NCBI GenBank assembly: GCA_012295275.1
Contig: CM022671.1
Span: forward strand, 8,308,001 to 8,372,000
Direction: 5' to 3'
Length of the DNA: 64,000 nucleotides
Source of the DNA: Chrysomallon squamiferum
Taxonomy: Eukaryota; Animalia; Mollusca
Shown: in pieces, positions 59,366-64,000 of the stretch
Numbering within the stretch: the first letter of the stretch is position 1
Layout of the letters: each line of letters starts with the position of its first letter
Position numbers and translations under genes: made by a program
Notes under the pieces: model-generated
Database searches by the model: none
The model's input: only the letters and a program-made list of their open reading frames with translations
What the model was told of the DNA's origin: nothing

Positions 59366-61009
59366 ATTTTTTATTTTTTTATTATTATTTTTTTTAATGG
59401 AAAATGGGTAGGATAATGTAATAACTATATCAGTTTTCTTAACAATTTAAAATCATATCTCTTATTTTTATGTGGGGAGGAACTGTAATGACTGTCAGAA
59501 CAATTAATGAAAATAAAAAAAATAAAATCAAGTCAATAAAGCAAAAAAAACAAAAACAAAAAATAAAATAAAAAAAATCGTCCGTCAACCAAAACAGTAT
59601 GATTTTATTTCGAACAAAATGAATTATCTGTATAACTTAATCTTAAAGTCTTCATTGTTACTAGTGAAACAGAGACCACAGTCAGTATGACGTACATTTC
59701 ATAAATTTCATTAATTGGATCTCTCTAGGAAAATGTATTGGAAATTCCAAACTGAGGAACCAAAAAATGTATTTAAAACTGAATATATTCTATTTTAACG
59801 TTTCAAGTGTTTAATTATCATCAAACGAAGATTGATCATTGAGATACACGACTGACTGTTGTCTCGAGGATTTCAAAGTTATCTTCATTTTACTCACCCT
59901 TTATATCTCGGCGATCTAAAGGAGAATTTAATTTACTGAAAAAAAAAAAAAAAAAAATCTATTCGAAATGTCAGTAAAAACAATTCGAAAGTCTTCATTC
60001 AATTTTCGCTTATAAAGAACTGATGATGGTTCCTTATAGCACAGTAGTCAACCACTGCTTAGAAAATTAATTTCAGTTATTAACTAATAGAAGAGCTAAT
60101 TCAGAGTTCGCTATTCATGTATGAAAGTATTGATTTTCTTACTGTTATGAATTATTACAGTTTAACAGCATGACTTTAATCATAAATAGCGGTTAGTTAG
60201 TCAATCTGGTGAAATGTCTGGTCGGACTATTACTTAATTAGACTCTATTCATTAAACCAATAACACTAACATGCTGCAGGTATTTACTTAACGTATTAAT
60301 CTACAAAACAAATTCATTTACGTCTTCTCTGTTTAACGTGTATTATACATTCTGATGTATACACACATACGCACGCACGCGACCTTTCTGATTCAGGGTG
60401 ATGTGGTATGACACATAGACGTTACTGATGAAGTTAATGCAGACGTACTTTGATTATGATATTGTGTATGCCAGTCTGTTCATCATACAGCTAACACGTT
60501 TTTCAACAAACTTGAAAGAGTTGTTTATAATAATATATATGACATTTTTAAATGAATATTTTGTTTTGATATTTAATAAAAATAAAAATTATAAAATTTT
60601 AAATTTTAAAAAATCTCACGTTAAACATTTCTGACGCAATACTGTTGAATATAAATTATTGAAATTTAGCTAAAATATTAATGGATAGCCTCCATTTTGA
60701 GCAGTATCAGTAAAACATATTTATATAATTTCTTAAATAGCATATACACTGTTTTAAAATTCCATAAATACTGATAAATGTCAAAGATTATTATATACTT
60801 TATTAAACATTTTCTCAATTTATTTATTTATTTATTTACTTACGGTACAAATAGCTTCAATATCATGTTCTTTTAAATTTCTTATTTAATTTAAACCAAA
60901 GATCAAGTTCCCTTTTGCAGATTAACAATAATGTACTAGTGATTTAGCCTATTATTTCGTAACCTTTCTGTGCATATATCTCAAAGCTTTGACTTTTTTC
61001 ACTTTAAGA

Positions 61010-61714
61010 ATGACGGATCCAGGATCGCATGACGACAAGCAGCTGGTTGCTAGTGTGACTGACAGTCGTGCTAATGACGGCGAACTGAGGTTTGAGTCCA
61101 ACTTTTCGGACATGGTTTCAGCTGGCCACATCAACGTCGCCTTCGAAGAGTCGTCCACGGACCCTTTACCCAATGAAAACTTTCGAGAGAACAGTTGTGA
61201 TTTAAACGGGAACGCGAATTTACCTCCTTCGAAAGGGGACCTCAGCGAAACCTCGCCAACCGAAACGGGCGTGTCCATATCGCGACCGGTCGTGTACGAC
61301 AACAGAGGGGGACACTCGGTGGTGCTGCAGGAGAGGGTGATGACGCGCCTGCCCGACGGGACGAGCTCGATCCAGACGCGAGACATTCCCGACCGAGGAG
61401 AGCAGTTTCAGCGACCTCTTCGAGCGAAGAGGATAACTCTCATCAAGATATTCTCCGTTATTGCAGCTGTGATATTCTTCCCCACTGGAATACCGGCCGT
61501 TTACTATGCATTCAAAACAAAAGCGGCGTTCGATGAAGGAATCCTGCAAGGAAATATTGATCTGGCTATAAAATACATAACCCGAGCCGAAAGACTGATA
61601 ATCTGCTCCATCATTCTGGCGATAGTGGCAGGCGCCCTGGCCCTAGCCATGTGGGAGAGACACGTGAACTCCCAGAGTTACTCGTGGCATTCCGGTGTCA
61701 TCATCGGAGGCTGA
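61010..61714 (+). CDS. CD225/dispanin-family (PRRT/TMEM233-like) membrane protein, 234 aa, single coding exon
   Basis: First ATG of the ORF at 61010 to TGA 61714, GC-rich. An acidic/disordered N-terminus of ~140 aa is followed by IFSVIAAVIFFPTGIPAVYYAFKT...GNIDLA...RAERLIICSIILAIVAGALALAMW, matching the CD225 pattern (hydrophobic-PxG.A..Y-loop G[DN]xxxA-TM). Upstream acceptor CCCTTTTGCAG at 60920. Confidence 0.85.
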   Translation: MTDPGSHDDKQLVASVTDSRANDGELRFESNFSDMVSAGHINVAFEESSTDPLPNENFRENSCDLNGNANLPPSKGDLSETSPTETGVSISRPVVYDNRGGHSVVLQERVMTRLPDGTSSIQTRDIPDRGEQFQRPLRAKRITLIKIFSVIAAVIFFPTGIPAVYYAFKTKAAFDEGILQGNIDLAIKYITRAERLIICSIILAIVAGALALAMWERHVNSQSYSWHSGVIIGG

Positions 61715-61900
61715 AACTTGTTTCATCACGTTAACGCTTGTTCCTGTTAAATTAACTCATAATGAAAGAAGAAAGAAGAAAGCTTGGGGGAAAAAAAAAA
61801 CCCATTACGGATGATTAACTACTAATTCTTTCCAAACTTTTTTTTTTTTTTTTATTTTTAATAATAATAATAATAATAATAATTATAATTATTATTAATA

Positions 61901-61951
<51 letters not shown>

Positions 61952-62760
61952 TATTATTATTATTATTATTATTTTTTTGCAAAGCGTCATAATAAGCATC
62001 ATCTACCATTTTTTTGTTTTATAATTTTTGTTTATTTTTTTTTTTATATATATATACGATGAAATCAAAATATAACTGAATGGAAGTTATTATCATTTAA
62101 ATCATCGTGAGAAAACTGCAGTATGTTGATAATTTTACATCACTGTTAGGGACACTGGAATAAACGTCTTTAATGTGCTGGAGGAAAAAAAAAAAAAAAA
62201 AAAAAGAGCCTTTCATTTCAGCACGTCATTGATTTTGTTACAGTATTATCGATCCTACTGAAAAATCTCTTAAAAGGTTCCAATCATTCTTAAAGCCGTC
62301 AATGACGAACGTTATAAATATCGCATTAGTATGAAATTCTAATTTCTTAAGACGAAAGCAATACACTTTTTAATGAAAAAAAGAAAGAAAAGAACCCCCC
62401 GGAACATTAATGATTAACGGTCGAAGGGTTTGGAGCTGCTGAGCTACTTTCCAGCACGTTTGAGAAATGCTGCTCACAAACTTGGATATTAGGTTCGAAA
62501 GCCGAGCAATAAATAACCAGTATAAATGCAACAAATTAGCAGTGCACGAGATTTCTTTCTGCAGTGTTTTTGTCGATAATTAATTCACCGTTTTGTGTCT
62601 GAGTGTTCAGATTTTTTTCTCGATTCATTACGACACAGCAAACTTTTTTTTATATTTTTTTTATAAATTTACTCATATCCACTGGAATGTCAAAAATTAA
62701 CAAAATTTATTTATCAGTTTGTAATTAACAGTTTGTTTTTGCATTGCAATGTTTTTGTAT

Positions 62761-62815
<55 letters not shown>

Positions 62816-62873
62816 TTATTTAGTTATTTAGTTATTTAGTTATTTAGTTATTTTACTACTACTACTGCTACTG

Positions 62874-62956
<83 letters not shown>

Positions 62957-63380
62957 TTTTTTTTTTTTTTTTTCCCCTTTTATTATTAATCTCCAAAGTA
63001 AGATTTATTTTCCTTTCAGTTGCCCGTGTAATTTCGTTGAGCAACCAAAACTTCTAGAACCATATTTTCTGACACCAGTCTTATGGAAGAGCCACTTTAG
63101 GCAACATTTATAGTCTTTCTGTCACATTCTGCGTGAGTTATTTTTTTTAGAAACTCGTTTGGAACACAAGTAAATTTCCATTTGAAGTTATTATTTTCGA
63201 ATGAGAGAGCTTGACAGGAACGTGCTTTGAATGTTGCAAGTTGAAGACCTCTCCAATTGATTCACGAAATGGTCGCATCCGTCTTTATCAGACTACTTCC
63301 GGTTCCAAGCACGCTTACACATTATGGATCCGAAATGAATAACTTTTTTCATTTCCGTTTTTTTTTTTTTTTTTCCTTCT

Positions 63381-63449
<69 letters not shown>

Positions 63450-63522
63450 TTATTTATTTATTCTGAAATATTTTATTTCATTATTATTATTATTATTATT
63501 ATCATTATTATTATTATTATTA

Positions 63523-63593
<71 letters not shown>

Positions 63594-64000
63594 TTAATCA
63601 TACGTATTAACAATTTTACTGAATTTCATAGTAATATACTGCGGTCACCTTTATTTGTAAATACTAATGTTTGCATATATAGATATATATATATATATAT
63701 CACCATGACATTTTATCCCTAAAATTGATGTATAAAGTTATTTTCACATAATGCCCAAAGCTCATTTGTTTGTTATCTTTAATGTTGTGTTAATTATCTA
63801 TGGATTATTGCCGAAGAAAAATATATGAGAAATTTCCTGGCACAATGAGTTTTTCAGCCAGAATTTGCACTGAAGCTGAAGGATTTACAGGATAAAATTT
63901 TATAATGAGTAACAAAGGGAACACAGTTTAGAACCAATCTTCAGCTGGAATTTTTTACTCTCATCTAGATAGTGATTTGTAAAATAATATTTAACTCAGG

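Noticed and set aside
60952-61549. Minus-strand ORFs 60952-61386 and 61220-61549
   Set aside because: Antisense shadows of the dispanin CDS.

Overview
AT-rich, microsatellite-dense metazoan (eukaryotic) genomic DNA, probably molluscan; the organism call is inference from repeat style and gene content. Supported content: (1) a ~3.1 kb DNA transposon at ~2457-5528 with 438-bp terminal inverted repeats. It carries an internally deleted, disrupted ORF with an XPG/FEN-like nuclease remnant and a C-terminal Cys-rich finger, and best fits the Academ superfamily. (2) A complete 4-exon, 305-aa 'rolling stone'-like membrane protein gene on the minus strand (50504->16779). Its 93-bp first exon lies behind a 28.4-kb intron and is missed by the ORF track, and its last acceptor is preceded by an A21 run. 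(3) A divergently oriented CD225/dispanin-family gene with a single coding exon (61010-61714, +). (4) A TTAA-flanked MITE, degenerate tRNA-SINE fragments, a polarised 29-31-bp minisatellite and many simple repeats. Most other ORFs in the track are microsatellite artefacts. I found no CRISPR array, RNA gene or convincingly new multi-gene system. The best second-look candidates are the deleted Academ-like foldback element, the poly-A splice acceptor and the atypical dispanin.
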